64,000 nucleotides of DNA from Basidiobolus meristosporus CBS 931.73. Lineage: Eukaryota > Fungi > Basidiobolomycota. Shown piece by piece: positions 1 to 13,363 of the stretch; the first letter of the stretch is position 1; each line of letters begins with the position of its first letter. The position numbers and the translations under genes were made by a program. Location: assembly GCA_002104905.1 (NCBI GenBank), contig MCFE01000044.1, positions 124,001 to 188,000 of the forward strand, written 5' to 3'. The notes below the pieces were generated by a model. That model was not told where the DNA came from and ran no database searches. It saw nothing but the letters and a program-made list of their open reading frames with translations.

Positions 1-1372
1 AAACTCCCCATTCTTGCCCGTTTCTGAAACTAAACAATTCCGCACACGCCAGGTAAAAGACCCTCCACCGATTCAACCACACTTTCCCTTCTTTCTCTCC
101 ACCGTATGTCTTTGACAGGATAGGTAGTACCTTTTCTCTATTACTGTCGAGTACCTTCAGCCAGGCCTCGGATGTTCTGCCTATTGTGTGTGAATCAATT
201 AATTAGATTAAATCCAAGGTATTAAATGTGGCGAATACCAACCATAGTGAGTGCCATCCACGAACCATTGATCAACAATGGTCAAGTCGTCTTGGAAATA
301 CAGGAATAGATCGCTACTTGGCATGGTCCCTCCGGTAAAGAAGTACTCAGCCATCCACGAGTGGTCGTCCTCTGTCACGAAATCGTATGGAATATGTTTG
401 TGACAAAAAATATGGACAAATAGTAGACCATCGTCCTTTAGCCATCCGGAAGTCTTGTGCAATAATTGCTTGTAATTTTTCATATGTTCAAACATCTCAA
501 TACTCAGTATTCTATCAAACCTATCAACCGAGTTAGTGCAATTCTTGGAAGACAGAGGCATACGACTTACTGCAGATCTTGATTCTGGTATTCATTTATG
601 TCGGCGGTGATAATGTGGAGATTCTTGATCCCTCTCTCCTCAGCTCTGTCCTGTATATAGGTCTTTTGGGTTGAGGAATTTGATAGTCCGGTGATTTGCG
701 AATTGGGGTATTTCTGGATGCAGGAATAGCCATATTAGTTAAGAGTTTTGAAGGGTTTTTGTGAATTAGATGATTACCTGAGCCAGAAAAAGGGATAAGC
801 TTCCCCAACCACAACCAAGATCTAGTATCTTCATACCATCCTGAAGACGTGCTTTGACACAATAAGACTCCAACATCAGCTCTTCAGCTTCGTTCAGACT
901 TTCCGTACCTAGATTCAAGTAAGCCTCGCATTCCAATTTCCAGCTATTCACCTGGGTTAACTTACCAGTTGGGAACAGACAGCATGAATACTTCATTCTT
1001 TTTCCAAGAGTATATTGGAAGAACTCAGTAGGCACCTCGATCGATGTTAGCCTTGATGCTACTTATATCGAGAGGGTAGGTTCTGACTATAGGGCTTACC
1101 TCGTAATGCTGCTTATTGGCCTCCGTAGTATGCAAGGCGATCGGACGCTCTTTTAAGCTTTTAATGTAGTCCATCTTCTTCTCCATGTTAGAGGCCTCTG
1201 CTCCATTACCGTTGATTTCTGCAAGTCTAATTCCCAACAACTGCCGAATGCCCGTTCGCAAAGCGATATCAGGAAGTAGACCGTTGTCAAGAAGTGGCTC
1301 ATACCAGGTTGGAGGAGGCGTTGGAACCCAATCCAGAGTTTTTGAGATGAGAGAGCTTATCAAGGAAGTCAT
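1..1372 (-). CDS. SAM-dependent methyltransferase, cyclopropane-fatty-acyl-phospholipid synthase / coclaurine N-methyltransferase-like; multi-exon, 3' end runs off the window
   Basis: Exons encode [36 protein letters not shown] (SAM motif I), [26 protein letters not shown] and [15 protein letters not shown] of MTSLISS at 1372. Confidence 0.85.
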
Positions 1373-1676
1373 GACAGGAAACAAAGAGTTAAAGGATGGG
1401 TCTAGTAGCTTTCCCTTATATAGCATAATGAGTTGTCATCAAAACGGATGAATGCATTACAACATTCTAAGCCACTAATAATTATTTATCGGTTGAATCG
1501 TGAATGCTATGCTTTCTCTCTGATTTCAAACCATCATCGAGATTTTCAGTTCTCAACCCATTATCCTATCAATGATCGCACTGGTTACTACGTATTACAA
1601 CTGTGTGCCAAACCAAAATCCTTGATAGCCAAGTTGCTTCTTAAGTTACCATCAAATACAATTCAACCCGAAAATA

Positions 1677-2711
1677 ATGTGCATTAATTTTTGGACACTT
1701 CAACACCCCAAGTATAGATTGTGAGTGTTCCTATCACTTGTATTCTAACCTTACGTGTTGCTGACCCTATTTCGATTGGGAATCTCCAGTGTCTTTGCCT
1801 CGAATCGGGACGAGTTCTTGGCACGCGCAACTAAACGAGCGGAATTTTGGCCTCCGGCCGAGAGTGCTCTTTCTGGAATCGACACGACCCATATCACTGC
1901 CAACGAACCGATAGGTGGCACTTGGTTGGGCGTTAACAAAAAGGGACGCTTCGTGAGCTTGACTAACTTTCGTGAACCAGTAAGCCCCGGAGCAAGTGCG
2001 AAAATCTCCCGAGGATTCCTGGTGCGTGATCTATTATTGTCAGAGAATAGCCTGCGTGAAGACTTTGATAAAGTCAAGCAGACTGAAGCCGATTATGACG
2101 GCTTCAACCTTGTTGCTTTCGATTTTAAAAGCAAGGACGAAGAAGCCTACTATTACTCGAATCGGGGTGAAAGTGAGCTGCGTCAGTTAAATAGAGGAGA
2201 GATATACGGTTTGTCCAATTCGGTATTATCAGTTGAATGGCCTAAGGTTCGCAAGGGAAAACCCATATTCGAGGAGACCCTGAGCAAGGCAAGTACTTCT
2301 CGCCAAGTTTCTAGCGAAGGCCCAGAGACAATTACCTGCTTCCTATTTTAGGAATTGAGCGAGGAGGCACTTATCGAGGAGCTGCTCTGTATGCTGCGGT
2401 AATGGCAGATTGTTTTTTGTTTTGAGACCGGCCTTTGCTAACCAAACAGGGATCATAGAGACACCTCCCCTTTTCAGGATAGCTCAGAGCTCACCAAACT
2501 AGAGGACCTAGCTCAATGCATCTGTATTCCCAAGATTGGAATTTTAGGAAAGGGCGCCAATGCTTACGCGACACGTACTAGCACCATTGTTTTGCTCAGC
2601 CACGATAATGAACTTGTATTTGTCGAAAGAGAATGGTACAACGCTCAACATGAGCCCTACGAAGACCCAAGTCAGCAGGATCGTGTTTACAGATTCACTA
2701 TTCCATCCTAA
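1677..2711 (+). CDS. TANGO2: TANGO2/NRDE-family protein (multi-exon)
   Basis: Spliced N-terminus MCINFWTL..FVFASNRDEFLAR.T; GGTWLGVNKKGRF..LTNFRE; SRGFLV; YGLSNS; YATRTSTIVLL; stop TAA at 2709-2711. Confidence 0.9.
2289..2351 (+). other. Probable GC-AG intron in TANGO2
   Basis: AAG|gcaagt...ttttag|GAA restores ETLSK-ELSEEALIEELL. The unspliced frame hits TAG, and the nearby GT donor gives the wrong frame. Confidence 0.6.
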
Positions 2712-3193
2712 CCATACCTACCTTCGACAGTGGTAATAAATGATCAAAGGACAACCGAATAAACGCTGTCCCTGTTAGCTTCCCCATTTAGAAAGATACA
2801 CGGGGATTGTTTAGCCTTGCGTAAATGAAACTCCGCCAAGGATGACAGTAACTTCCGCTTGATGTAAATGATTCATCCCACGACCGACTTTATTCGAGTT
2901 TTGATACTACTGAAGGCCCACATACTGGAATAGAGATTCTATGTCGCTGGTTCAATATAGATATTGATAGCTTTGAAAAGATAAATTCGTATTGTGGGTG
3001 TTATGAAAATGCTCCTACAGAGTCATGCAATCAGATGGCTAGCGTACGTGATATGGCTGGGTAACAGGTGTACTATTCGACAAAAGTGCCTATGCTTGGT
3101 CAACCAAAGTTGTATATCTTTCGTAAGTTAATAGCAGGGACCATCGTTTAGAGAGAACTGGCACGACATTTGGCTAGTTATGCCTGGAATTCT

Positions 3194-3802
3194 TCACTCC
3201 TCTTTGATTTCATCTTCGCTCCCCGCCTCCTCTGGCTCCCAGTTGTACTCTTCTTCCTCCGCACTGCTAGAGGAAAGTAGACGATTCTTCAGACTTAGCA
3301 GCCTATCCTCTAACCATGGAAAGAAGTCAGCTCTATTGGCACATTGTACAAACCCCAAGTCTAGGTTGCGTTGCCAAATCTCTCCACGACAAGCTCCTTC
3401 AATGATCAGTAGGTAAAAGGTCTCATAATCATCATAACCAATTACCAGGTGACCCTGGTTCAACTCTGGCGAATCCAAAGGGACCTGACAGCTTCCATCT
3501 CGCCGGAAAGGGAAAGGAAGTGACATCAAAGTACGAAGCTCCGGTTGTGAAACTGGATATCTGTGTGGGGCTTCATCCAGAGGTAAAATCCCCTCAGCTT
3601 GGCCATAAGTCATGGAGGAGCCATTTCCGATATGAATTAAATAAGCTCGGTAACTTTCTGGTAACCGGACCAGATTATCTCTTTCGAATTCTACTACCAC
3701 GCTTTCCTCCAAAGATGGCTCAAAATATATGTCTTCAAAATATAGCCTTTGCTCTAAACTTCGAGCTTCCTCGATGATTTTATCTAAAGTACGTGCTGGC
3801 AT
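3194..3802 (-). CDS. SMI1/KNR4 (SUKH superfamily) domain protein, intronless, with acidic tail
   Basis: EPSLEESVVVEFERDNLVRLPESYRAYLIHIGNG matches the 'E..i..fE...g..LP..Yr.fL....NG' SUKH signature; later GHLVIG..YLLIIEGACRGEIW. Confidence 0.75.
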   Translation of the reverse strand: MPARTLDKIIEEARSLEQRLYFEDIYFEPSLEESVVVEFERDNLVRLPESYRAYLIHIGNGSSMTYGQAEGILPLDEAPHRYPVSQPELRTLMSLPFPFRRDGSCQVPLDSPELNQGHLVIGYDDYETFYLLIIEGACRGEIWQRNLDLGFVQCANRADFFPWLEDRLLSLKNRLLSSSSAEEEEYNWEPEEAGSEDEIKEE

Positions 3803-4848
3803 TTATGGTTCAAAATGGAGATCAACTTGAAACAGTAAGAGGATATATATGTGAGATGGAATGTTTATATAGTGTCTGTCGAAGAGATGAATGAAGAAAC
3901 GCAATATCTCCTGGTCCTGAATTGGTTCAGTGAGAAACGGATTAGCTGACAAGTGTATAGACGAACAATGGTATGCCTTGCCAAGGAAAATGTATGGGCA
4001 ATAAAGAAATTCAACCAGGAAAAGAGACTGCCAGCATAAATCTAAGAATAATCACAATATAGCACAACTGTAATTACGTATCTAAGCAGACCTGAATTCG
4101 AGGCTATTATGCATCACAACTGGAACTAATAATATATCAGAATGTGGCAACAATGTGGTTACTACCATTCTCATCCATATGGGGGCTACTGATGATCCAG
4201 ACAACACGCAAGCCGATAAAACGAAACGTTCACCTATCACCGGTATCCTTGGTCGGGTGACATGTACCACTAGGTAATTTACCCACCCACCCGGATTAAT
4301 CATTTAGCTGGAAGGTATCCGTGACACAATCTGGTATATTACAGCCAATCCTGCGGTCGAGATGGAACTCGGAGTCGAGCGGGATCCGAAATGAGGGGCC
4401 AAATATAGATATTTCTCAATGGCTCAGTGTACCACTGTGGATTGGTGCAAATTTTGGGAGGCTGAATCTATGACAATAATAGGCAAAGGAGGTGAAAAAT
4501 ACAGAAACAGAACCTCCGCTGTCGATAATTATGTTGGATATACATTACACGAAATCATATTTACTACAAATTAATAAGATATCAATCCATGCATCACGCA
4601 TATTGAACGTTGGACAGGATAAAGGGTACTAATAGTACATTTGCGAATAACAATTTGTCAAAAACAAAGCAAATTCAATTCGTGACCATGTATTTCGGCA
4701 GATAGACGGTTGATGAATACAAAAAGCAAACGATGAAGGCTATGTACAAAAGAAATAAAAATGTGCCATTTGGTGACTGCGCTCATAGTGACGAAATTAG
4801 CAAATGCTGCTGCAGACTTTCCCGATTATTCCCAAGAACACAGTAGCT

Positions 4849-7414
4849 TTACATTCTATTGTTACTCATCATGAATGATGGATGACACAGACTTGCGAAA
4901 CCACTGCCCATATTTACTCCTGATAGGGAGCTCGAGCTTGTAGTATGCGGTATGTTTATCGCTCCACTACCGGAGAGCATCCAGGTTGATTCTTGATACG
5001 ATGTCATGGAATAGTTCGTCGGAACGTTAAAGGAGCTATTCAAAACATCCTCAAAGCTTGGTTCCTCTTTAACTTCGTTGCTGCCAAATGCCACCATGAC
5101 GTCTGGTCCAATAGGTGACTGGAGAGAAATTTGCGATGCTAGGAGATTATTTGCTTCCTCGATATTATGTTTCGACTCAACTGGCGTGGAGCTGTGTCCG
5201 TCAGTTACATTATACGGACCGACAAGAGAATGTCGACGTAAGAATGTGTGTTGCCTTCGGCTTGCACCAGATTGCTGATCGTTTTGGTTTGTGTGAGAGG
5301 CTAATGTATGATAGCGAAATTATGAGAGGATGAAAAAAGAAAATCCATGAGACCATACGCACCATGTATGTTTTGGTTCAGAGTAGGCGAGATTGACGGT
5401 GACGTGTTAATATCATGTCCTCTGGATAGGTCGGACCCGGGTAAAGATGCCAAGTTGTTGCTCTTGCTGTCGGTCGCATAGTTCGGAGCAAAAGTGTTGT
5501 GGAAAGTGTCGGTGTTAACATTCGAGCTACTATTGCTGCTTGCAGTCTAGAAACCAATATTTAGCGAAACCAAAGGTGCCAGATTCTCAGGCGTGGGGCG
5601 ACTTACATATTTGCCGATGATTTTCTTCAATGCCAAAGGAAGTACCTTCCAGGGGAACACCTTAACATCCTTCTCAATATTTCTTGGCTTTGGATTAGGG
5701 AAAGACATGATCAACTTGAAGAAATCGGCCGATTCAGTCTTGCATTTGGATACAGTGAGTGGACGAAATCCTTCCAAGTTTCTACGTATCCGGTTCTTCT
5801 CCTCAACTGTAAATCTTACAGCAATAAGCGATTCGAGCAAATAAATACAATCTACGCTTGTGATAAAGTAGTCGTCTTTGGCATCCCAATATATACATGA
5901 AACGACAATGCTGTTAGGGGCGCGGTCGGATGGAGAAACTCCTTGAAAGCCACACTGCACAACATTGTTTTCATGCTTTCTCCAAAATTGCACTAGGCGT
6001 CTTTTGATGCTAGCCTCTTCGTCACTCCTGTATCAGACGCAGGATTAATGAAAATCGCTTTTAACAAACGTGCATAAAATGATATACCAATTCCTCGTCA
6101 TTTCATCGAACTCATTACTGAATTTGAGGGTGGCTTTGTTTAGCGCTGAGGCGGAGGATTTGTGTGAATTCGATGCAGTTTGGATTTTGGCAGAGCTGCT
6201 TGGTGAGGAGTATGGGTTTTGAACAGGAGGGCTCGTAGAGTAAGCCATTTGTGAAGATTGTGCTGAAACCGGTGTTAGCGGAGGTGTCAGATCAACACTC
6301 GATATATTGTTTTTGTCAGCCTCTCTATTGTACACCTCTGGAATATGCCTTTGAGAGTTTTGCGAAGAAAAAAGTGATGAATCTTGGCTAAGATCATTGA
6401 AATCTATGGTAGGTGTATAACTGTTAATAGAGCTTCAAAAATGCCTCGCTAGAGTTTTAGGCTTCCATACCACTTCGAGCCCCCTCGATAGGTGTGATAG
6501 TCAAGTTCGAGCTTTTCAAATCTATACCCTCGGTGCCGAAATTTAACTTGAAGTCGTGCTCTTCAGATAATGGCGTCAACTCATCGTCTAGTGGTATGAA
6601 TTTATCAGAAAACATATTCATCGATCCATTGCAACATAGGATGCGCTACCTTTTAGTTTGTTGGACTCTGCAGTTGTCTGTAGATTATTTGAAAGGTTGC
6701 TTGGTACCGGATTTGACATCATGTTGGAGATAGAATTTTGAAAGTTGCTGGTAAGCATGGACTCGATAGTATTCTGATACGACACCATCGAATTCTGGAT
6801 GCCACACTGGATATCATTGGTGATTTGGCTGGATACGTTTGGGTAGATCATGCTGGAGTTGAAATTGCTATCCAATGAAGCATTTTGATCCAGAAAGAGA
6901 TCTGAACGATGAAAGTGTTAAACGCTACTCTACGAACCAGTGAGAATAAATCGTCGCGTACCATCTTTGTATTGATATTCGCCAAAATACCAGCTATCCA
7001 AGACAACTCCTTGTTCAACTGCTAGAATACATACAGGGACTTTAGGAGTAAACCACTTCGTCTCCACAAAGTCCGGAATAGACGCAGTTAGCGTGGTATA
7101 GCCATGAGCATTCCATTGCTTGGTATTGACAACATGTGTTCCAAAGCCTAGCTTTAGTTGTTCTTTAGGACAGAACTGTAGAACAACCGTAAAAGGCATT
7201 CCCTCCAAACCACCGCGTGGGTAGTATTGTAATACTCGCGGCCGGGGAATATTTCTGAGCTGCGCGGACTCGGAATGAGGGGAGTCTCTTCCCGTAAAGT
7301 CTATAGGTAATGCGACTTTTTTAGTTCAGGGATACTGTTGGTATAGTTACGTTGCTACTTCGGGAGTAGATAGTGTACAATAGAGATGGGGTACTTACTT
7401 GCGTTAAGCATCAT
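4849..7414 (-). CDS. medA: Medusa (MedA/ACON-3)-like fungal developmental transcription regulator, multi-exon; start approximate
   Basis: Highly conserved block VSCIYW..YFITSVDCIYLLESLIAVRFTVEEKNRIRRNLEGFRPLTVSK..FFKLIMSFPNPKPRNIEKDVKVFPW..ALKKIIGKY (5547-5993), flanked by S/N-rich exons. 5' end uncertain. Confidence 0.8.
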
Positions 7415-8480
7415 ATTTCAAAAGTATAAAATATACAGACTTGAGAAAAACAATAGATATACGACAAAATGAGGTAAAAAAAAGGAATGTATGCTCACTA
7501 AACGAATAGTGTGAATATTTCCAGTGGGGTGATTTGGTAGAAATCACTAAAGCGAGGACTTTAGCGCCTGTGTTATCCACTTGTAACAGGAGAGATAATG
7601 GAATAGTCAACAACTCGATATACAGAAAATAACACCAAAGCGATGAAACCAACTCCAGTAAGTGTAGACTTTAGAAACGAGTTCCAATGGCGGACAGCGG
7701 AAATATATATATGGTCAGCGCAGCGGGCCGAGGGAATACTGTATTCTCTATGTGTCAAAATCGGGATACTAATCTCGAGAATAGAATAGAATGCATTCAA
7801 TTATATGCTTAAATAGAGTTCGTGGTGAAGTAACCCTAGCTCACTAGGATCAATTTACTCCCATTTACCATGCCAGAGCCTGACAAATAATTTCTTTCGC
7901 CATACAATAGCAACAGGCATTCAAATATTTGGTCTAGTAGAATCTGTCACACATTAAGAATATGGAGAGAAATTGGTGGGAAAGCCAGGATGGTAATTGG
8001 TGAGCCATCCTCAAATAGCCAGTTTCGATATCGGGTATCTTGACGAATATAGAAGGCGCAACATTCATTTGAAGATGGAGCTTTTTAGACCCTGCTTTCA
8101 ATGGGTCAAGATGTGACTTAGTACTTTCATATACCCATTGGTGGGTGATCCCTGTGGCACATTCCCATTCAACATACCATGCACTCGCCATCTCCCTTGT
8201 GTTGAGTCGAGGATCAGCGTCACAGTGCGATGAGATAAAGATGGTGCAGAACATTGAACTCCTTTTTAGTCCCTCCAGCTCCAATCATAAACTGGAAGCG
8301 GGATCATCGTGATCCAAACTTCCGTGGAGACTGGTCACATTACTTGCCAGCCGGATGTCAAAATAATCCATTTCCATAAATGCTCATCTTTTCTGGAGTA
8401 ACTTTAAGTTGGGGTGAATATTCTGGTGGATTTCGTGGTTGATTTTCTTTTCCATCTTCGCTTTGCAACCGCATAGTTGG
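7404..8480 (-). CDS. Possible multi-exon hypothetical membrane protein
   Basis: Several overlapping minus-strand ORFs with GT/AG signals and a hydrophobic segment (LTGVGFIALVLFSVY). No family recognised and the exon structure is unresolved. Confidence 0.25.
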
Positions 8481-9395
8481 TATTTTACGGTGGGATAGCG
8501 GCGGTCGTAATGGGTGTCTGTGGTCCTTTCATTTGCATGTCAAGAGCTTACATTTCAGTGTACGAAAGTGACTCGAGTTCTCGATTGGAAGCTCTTGCAT
8601 ATATTAGCCTAATTCTATAATTTACCCTATACAACGGTGATAGGCCATTGATGCCAAAAAGTTACCCCACGGATTCTATTCCACAAGAAGGATCGGGTGA
8701 CTATCACAGGTAAAGCAGTAACTGGTTTCCTCTGTCCAAGGAAATTGTTATTAATAATGGCTCTTTCATATTAGCACGGTAGCTTCCCCTATCACAAGAG
8801 TCCACTAACCGGAATGGCTCACCTGGCTACTATTTGTCATTTATACTTATACGGAGGATGAATGGGACTTTACTCTGCTTGAGTAACATATGGTGCTTGG
8901 GTTAGCGATCAATGATTAATCGATCTGCTGTTGATTAGGAAGCCACGACAAATATGTTTTCTCCGGGAGATGTATCTCGATGTCACCCGATCCCGACACG
9001 GATTAGGAGGCTTCGAGTGAGTAGTTTATTTTAGAAGTCAGGCTGGATAGCCAGGCTAGATACTGACTCTGGCTTGACCTCTATTTAGCAACCAACAACA
9101 ACTCCGTTGAGTTGATCAACACCATTCTTTTGGTGTCTGGGTTTGCGAGTTTGTTTCAGATATACCTTATATATGTCCCCAGGAAATGCGCCACGAAGAG
9201 GTACTCACGATTTACATAATAGGCCAAGTGAATATGGTCATCTTCTAGAACAAATACACAAGATGAATGGTGAATTATTTACTTTGCCATCCAGGGTTAT
9301 GGCTCAGGGATAACACAGAAGAGTGGTCTAATATATTCTTTGGTTTTACATGAATCAATAAAGTTGTGTTTGATATTCACAAAATCAGTTCACTT

Positions 9396-10360
9396 TTAAC
9401 TCTTCTTGGAGCTGCCGAAGTTTGCAAATCTAAAAATGCCTATTAGTGCTAAATTCCTAATCATGGAAGATATATAAAGATCATACCCCATCATTGCTGC
9501 CATTTCAGGATCCATCTCTCCCAGTTCAGCGGTTTGCTGTGCTTCCACTTCTCTCTTTTTATCTTTTTTCTTCTCACGCTTACGCCTTTTATCCTCTTCC
9601 TCTTGTTTGATGGCCGCCTCAACTCGTTCTTCGAAATCTAGGATGTGGTTTGATTAGAGGAACTGTTCTAGATAGGACCAATGAGTCGTGAGCTACTTAC
9701 TGTATTCTTTGGGTTTTTCATCTTTCTTCTTGAGGCTAGCTAATTTGGCTTTGATTTGTTCCAAGGTGCTACGTTCGACGTTCATGGTCATTCCCATATT
9801 ACTTTGATCTGGTTGGCAAAGCGTAATTGTAAATGTAAATGGTGGGTTGCAGGTGTGATGGATGTTGGAAATATGCTACGTTTTCTGCCATTGATATGGT
9901 CCAGGTAGTTGGCACTATCCTTTAATACGCAGTCACATGCTTCGCAATAGAAGCCAGGCTGTTTCGAATTTTCTCCGGCCACAGCTTGTACGACTTGAAT
10001 TTTTCCAACACCGGAATCAAAGTTCACCTTATCTTCACGAGCTTGAAGTAAGACACGATCAGAATCACCAGCTTTTCGAGCTGTCAAAAGAAGTGCATGT
10101 TGAGTGTTCAGGTTGTTACCGAAGAGACGCATCTTCATAGATAATATACCCTTTCGTTGAGCTTCTATTTCCTCTATCTCTCTTTCGCGTTTTTCTCGCT
10201 CTTCTGCACGTTTGCGATATTCTTCTTTGTCCCACGTACGTCGGAAATTCCCCTGATCCTTGAGAGAAAGTTAGCTTCGAGCGCCAATTCCGTGAAAGAT
10301 CGTGAAGTTTACGGTTAAACTTACAGCTTTCGTTCCGTAAAAGCCTTCCTTGCTTGACAT
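9396..10360 (-). CDS. SNU23: U4/U6.U5 tri-snRNP zinc-finger protein Snu23/ZMAT2
   Basis: RRTWDKEEY; LLQAREDKV; GFYCEACDCVLKDSANYLDHINGRK matrin-type finger; VERSTLEQIK; C-terminal MAAMMG..FGSSKK. Confidence 0.92.
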
Positions 10361-11036
10361 GATGAAGTCGTCTATGAATTGTAAGTGTGCACACTTGATA
10401 GTATTTACACTACTTAAGCAAGTTGAATATTTGAGTCCATAACTAATCACGTGACTTAAAATCAATCAAATTCAACAAAAATCACTGTTCTCATAAGGAG
10501 CGTAACCTTGATCTAGAAACCAAAGCCAAATGTACATATGTTTGTCAGGAGACAAAAGAAAAATGAGCAACTCGTTCTAGAAAAAGCCTACCGTATTACA
10601 TGCTAGAGTCAATCTACGGTGTATTCAGTCCACTGTAATGCTGACAATAATAAACCATTCATGGCTTGCTCAATTTTATGCTATGTTCTATCGCTGGTGG
10701 CTAATTGATTCCCAGAGATGTTAGTGAATCAACAGCTATCTGAGCTAATTTTGCTATGAAGGCGTTTTAGGCTAGAATATGTGATATATCTCAGTATAAG
10801 AGAGTGCAGCGGAGCTTTATTAGCCAAGAGTTATTAATATCGATGGCGGACTTGGTTTGACGTCCGCAGTACCCTGGAATGCTTATTTCTTGAAACATTG
10901 TTTATTTCAATAAGTCGATGAGAGTGGGTTGCGTGAAAATGGATCAATATACATTTTACTGAATGCTTAGTAGTGAAGAATTGCTTCTCAAAATATGTAA
11001 GAATTGCTCTAATGGTAAGACAAAACAAACATGGAA

Positions 11037-11464
11037 TTATTTTGCTGAATCCTCCAATTCTTGAAGCTTCTTTGAATGCTTTTGAACAACAGTAAGAATA
11101 TCATCAATCTTCATATCGTTAGAACGCAAATCGAACTGCTTTCCATCACCTATTGGTACGCAAAATGGTGAGTGATACAAAGCACATGCCTATAGCATAA
11201 ACCAAGCAACACTTACGGAAAACGACCTGGACGTTGGAAGGGGCTTTGTTATCGGTTAGGTAGTTGGTGACGACTTTACAGTTGGGATTCGACTCTTTGG
11301 ATTCGTTGGTGATGATACGAGACAAGAAGAGTCTTGTAACAAAGACGCAAGGTAAGTACTCGAGTTCATAGTCAACGGATTAGCCACGTTATTTACCTTG
11401 CAGATTTCGATTTGGTATTGAAAGGAGATATGTGAACTTTAATTTCTTTGATGTGCTTGAGCAT
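11037..11464 (-). CDS. MRPL44: Mitochondrial ribosomal protein mL53 (yeast MrpL44-like)
   Basis: Spliced product MLKHIKEIKVHISPFNTKSKSARLFLSRI..VQVVF.DGKQFDL..IDDILTVVQKHSKKL fits the family pattern and size. Confidence 0.75.
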
Positions 11465-11776
11465 ATTGTTACGGCTGTTACTTGAACGAAGAAACCTTGG
11501 AATGCTGGGGTACCGCTCTATTCAAACTCACCAAAATTTTTCACCTTCAACAACTTACAGATTTATACATCGATCAATTTGCATTTTCCAATTTTCGGCT
11601 ATTCACCAAATCCAATTGGACACAACGGCATTGGTATTATTGACCAGAAAGCACATGTAGTGATTTGCCTCCTATACTTTCAGTGGAGTGACTTGGCGCT
11701 TTGGGGTGTCAGTCAGCATGTTTATTTTCAGTATAGGACAATTATATACAACTGAAGTGGAGGAATAGTCCGCATT

Positions 11777-13077
11777 TCAATGCTTTAACTTTTCGCCTAT
11801 AGTTTTCTCCAAAGCGCTTAGCATATGAGGATCCCCTTTTTTCCCGAAAATCTACGAATACACAGTTACTGAGAATCCAGGAGACACAAACGAACACTCA
11901 AGCTTAACTAACCTCAGTAATGAAATTTAGTACATTGATCTCCGTCAGCTCAACTTTTGCCCTGGGTCCCCATCGATACTCATACGAAGGTATCTCGTTA
12001 CTCTGGCTAGAGAAGTCTACATGATTGACCTGGCTCTTATCCAAATAGCCTTGCTTGATAAACTGTGTAACAAGCTGATCTATATCTCCAAACTCAGCAT
12101 GTTCTACACCCTCACAAATCGATAGGCGGCGTAGTGAATGTTTTAGCTGATCTGCAAATTCATTCAATGTTACTTGGATGTCTGAACCGATGCATGTCAA
12201 GTCTCTTTACCATCCGATAAGACACGATTGTTCACTAAGATGAGACTAAGTATCACCATTATTAGCCCCATTTGTTTCCGGTCTTTCCCCCAGTTAATAA
12301 ATCCTTCTTGTACAGGAAGGATATTTCGAAGTATGTATGCTTTTGTCGCTTGCTTGTCTTTCCCTAAGTTGGTGTGTCAGCAAGAGCAGGCTTGGGGATG
12401 CATTCTTGAGAGTGTGCATACCTTTTCTACCGCCGTTATTGAATTTTTCCTTGTTCGGGAGTTCCACAAGCTCCATACCAAACGTTTCTCTCAGCTTCTC
12501 CTGCGCTTTGTCAAATACCAGATGAAAAATACGACTATGTTCGTGTAAGACTATAGAAGGAAGGAATGTTTAGCAACATGTCACGATATCTCGCAAGGAG
12601 AAATTCTCATTCTACCCCGTCTATTGATATCCTCTCTTTTGAGAGGGGCTTTTCGGAATTCTGTACACAAAGCCAAACGAACCACGTCTTTCACTTTGCG
12701 TTCCAATTCCTTTAACAGTAAGTATTAGAAGTCGACAAATCATACAGGATGGAATCTAAAGAGTACAACCTCAGGCGAGAGATTTTGTGCTGCTTTTTCT
12801 GCCAAACGATATCTCGAGGGTTCAGCTTGTGTTTGAGAGCCATAATCTTCCTCATCGTCTAGTGTGTCCTTTCGAAACTGTGAATTCGTGGGAGTGTCAT
12901 AAGATTGAGAATGGCTACTATAGTCATTAATGTCGTCCTCGTCTTCCTAAAATCCAACCTGTTAATTTCTTGATTGGGCAGAAAAATTGCACCAAAAACA
13001 ATACAATTAAGGGCCTCTTGGCGCGTCTTTGGCTCTATCGGATTTTTGAGAGAAGGGTTAATAGTGGTTATATACAT
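11777..13077 (-). CDS. NSE3: MAGE-domain SMC5/6 subunit Nse3; start approximate
   Basis: ERKVKDVVRLALCTEFRKAPLKREDINRR; MELVELPNKEK; QFIKQGYLDK..YEYRWGPRAKVE (MAGE winged-helix 2 motif). Confidence 0.85.
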
Positions 13078-13363
13078 AATCTGTCAATGCAAACACTACC
13101 ATGTTAAAGAAAAAGATATCCGGGTTTCTTGCCGAGTCAAAAATGAATAACAGACAAATCCGGCCTAAATTGATTTGTTTTTATTCAAAAGTATGTTTTC
13201 ATACATAACAAGGCTTGGATTGAAGAATGCATATAAATACATCTAGCATTTCATCAGTCGTGATAGGTGGGTGGGACGCAGTACTCTGAGCGATGTATTT
13301 CCAATGGTCTTTATTGAGTGCTTATAAAGCGAGTGAATAAAAACTATGCATCAACACAATAGT

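Noticed and set aside
8500-9350. Intergenic stretches (also 3800-4800, 32030-33230, 40300-40950) examined for tRNA, snRNA, rRNA or transposon ends
   Set aside because: No cloverleaf/T-loop consensus, snRNA sequence, terminal inverted repeats, LTRs or transposase/RT motifs recognised by eye.
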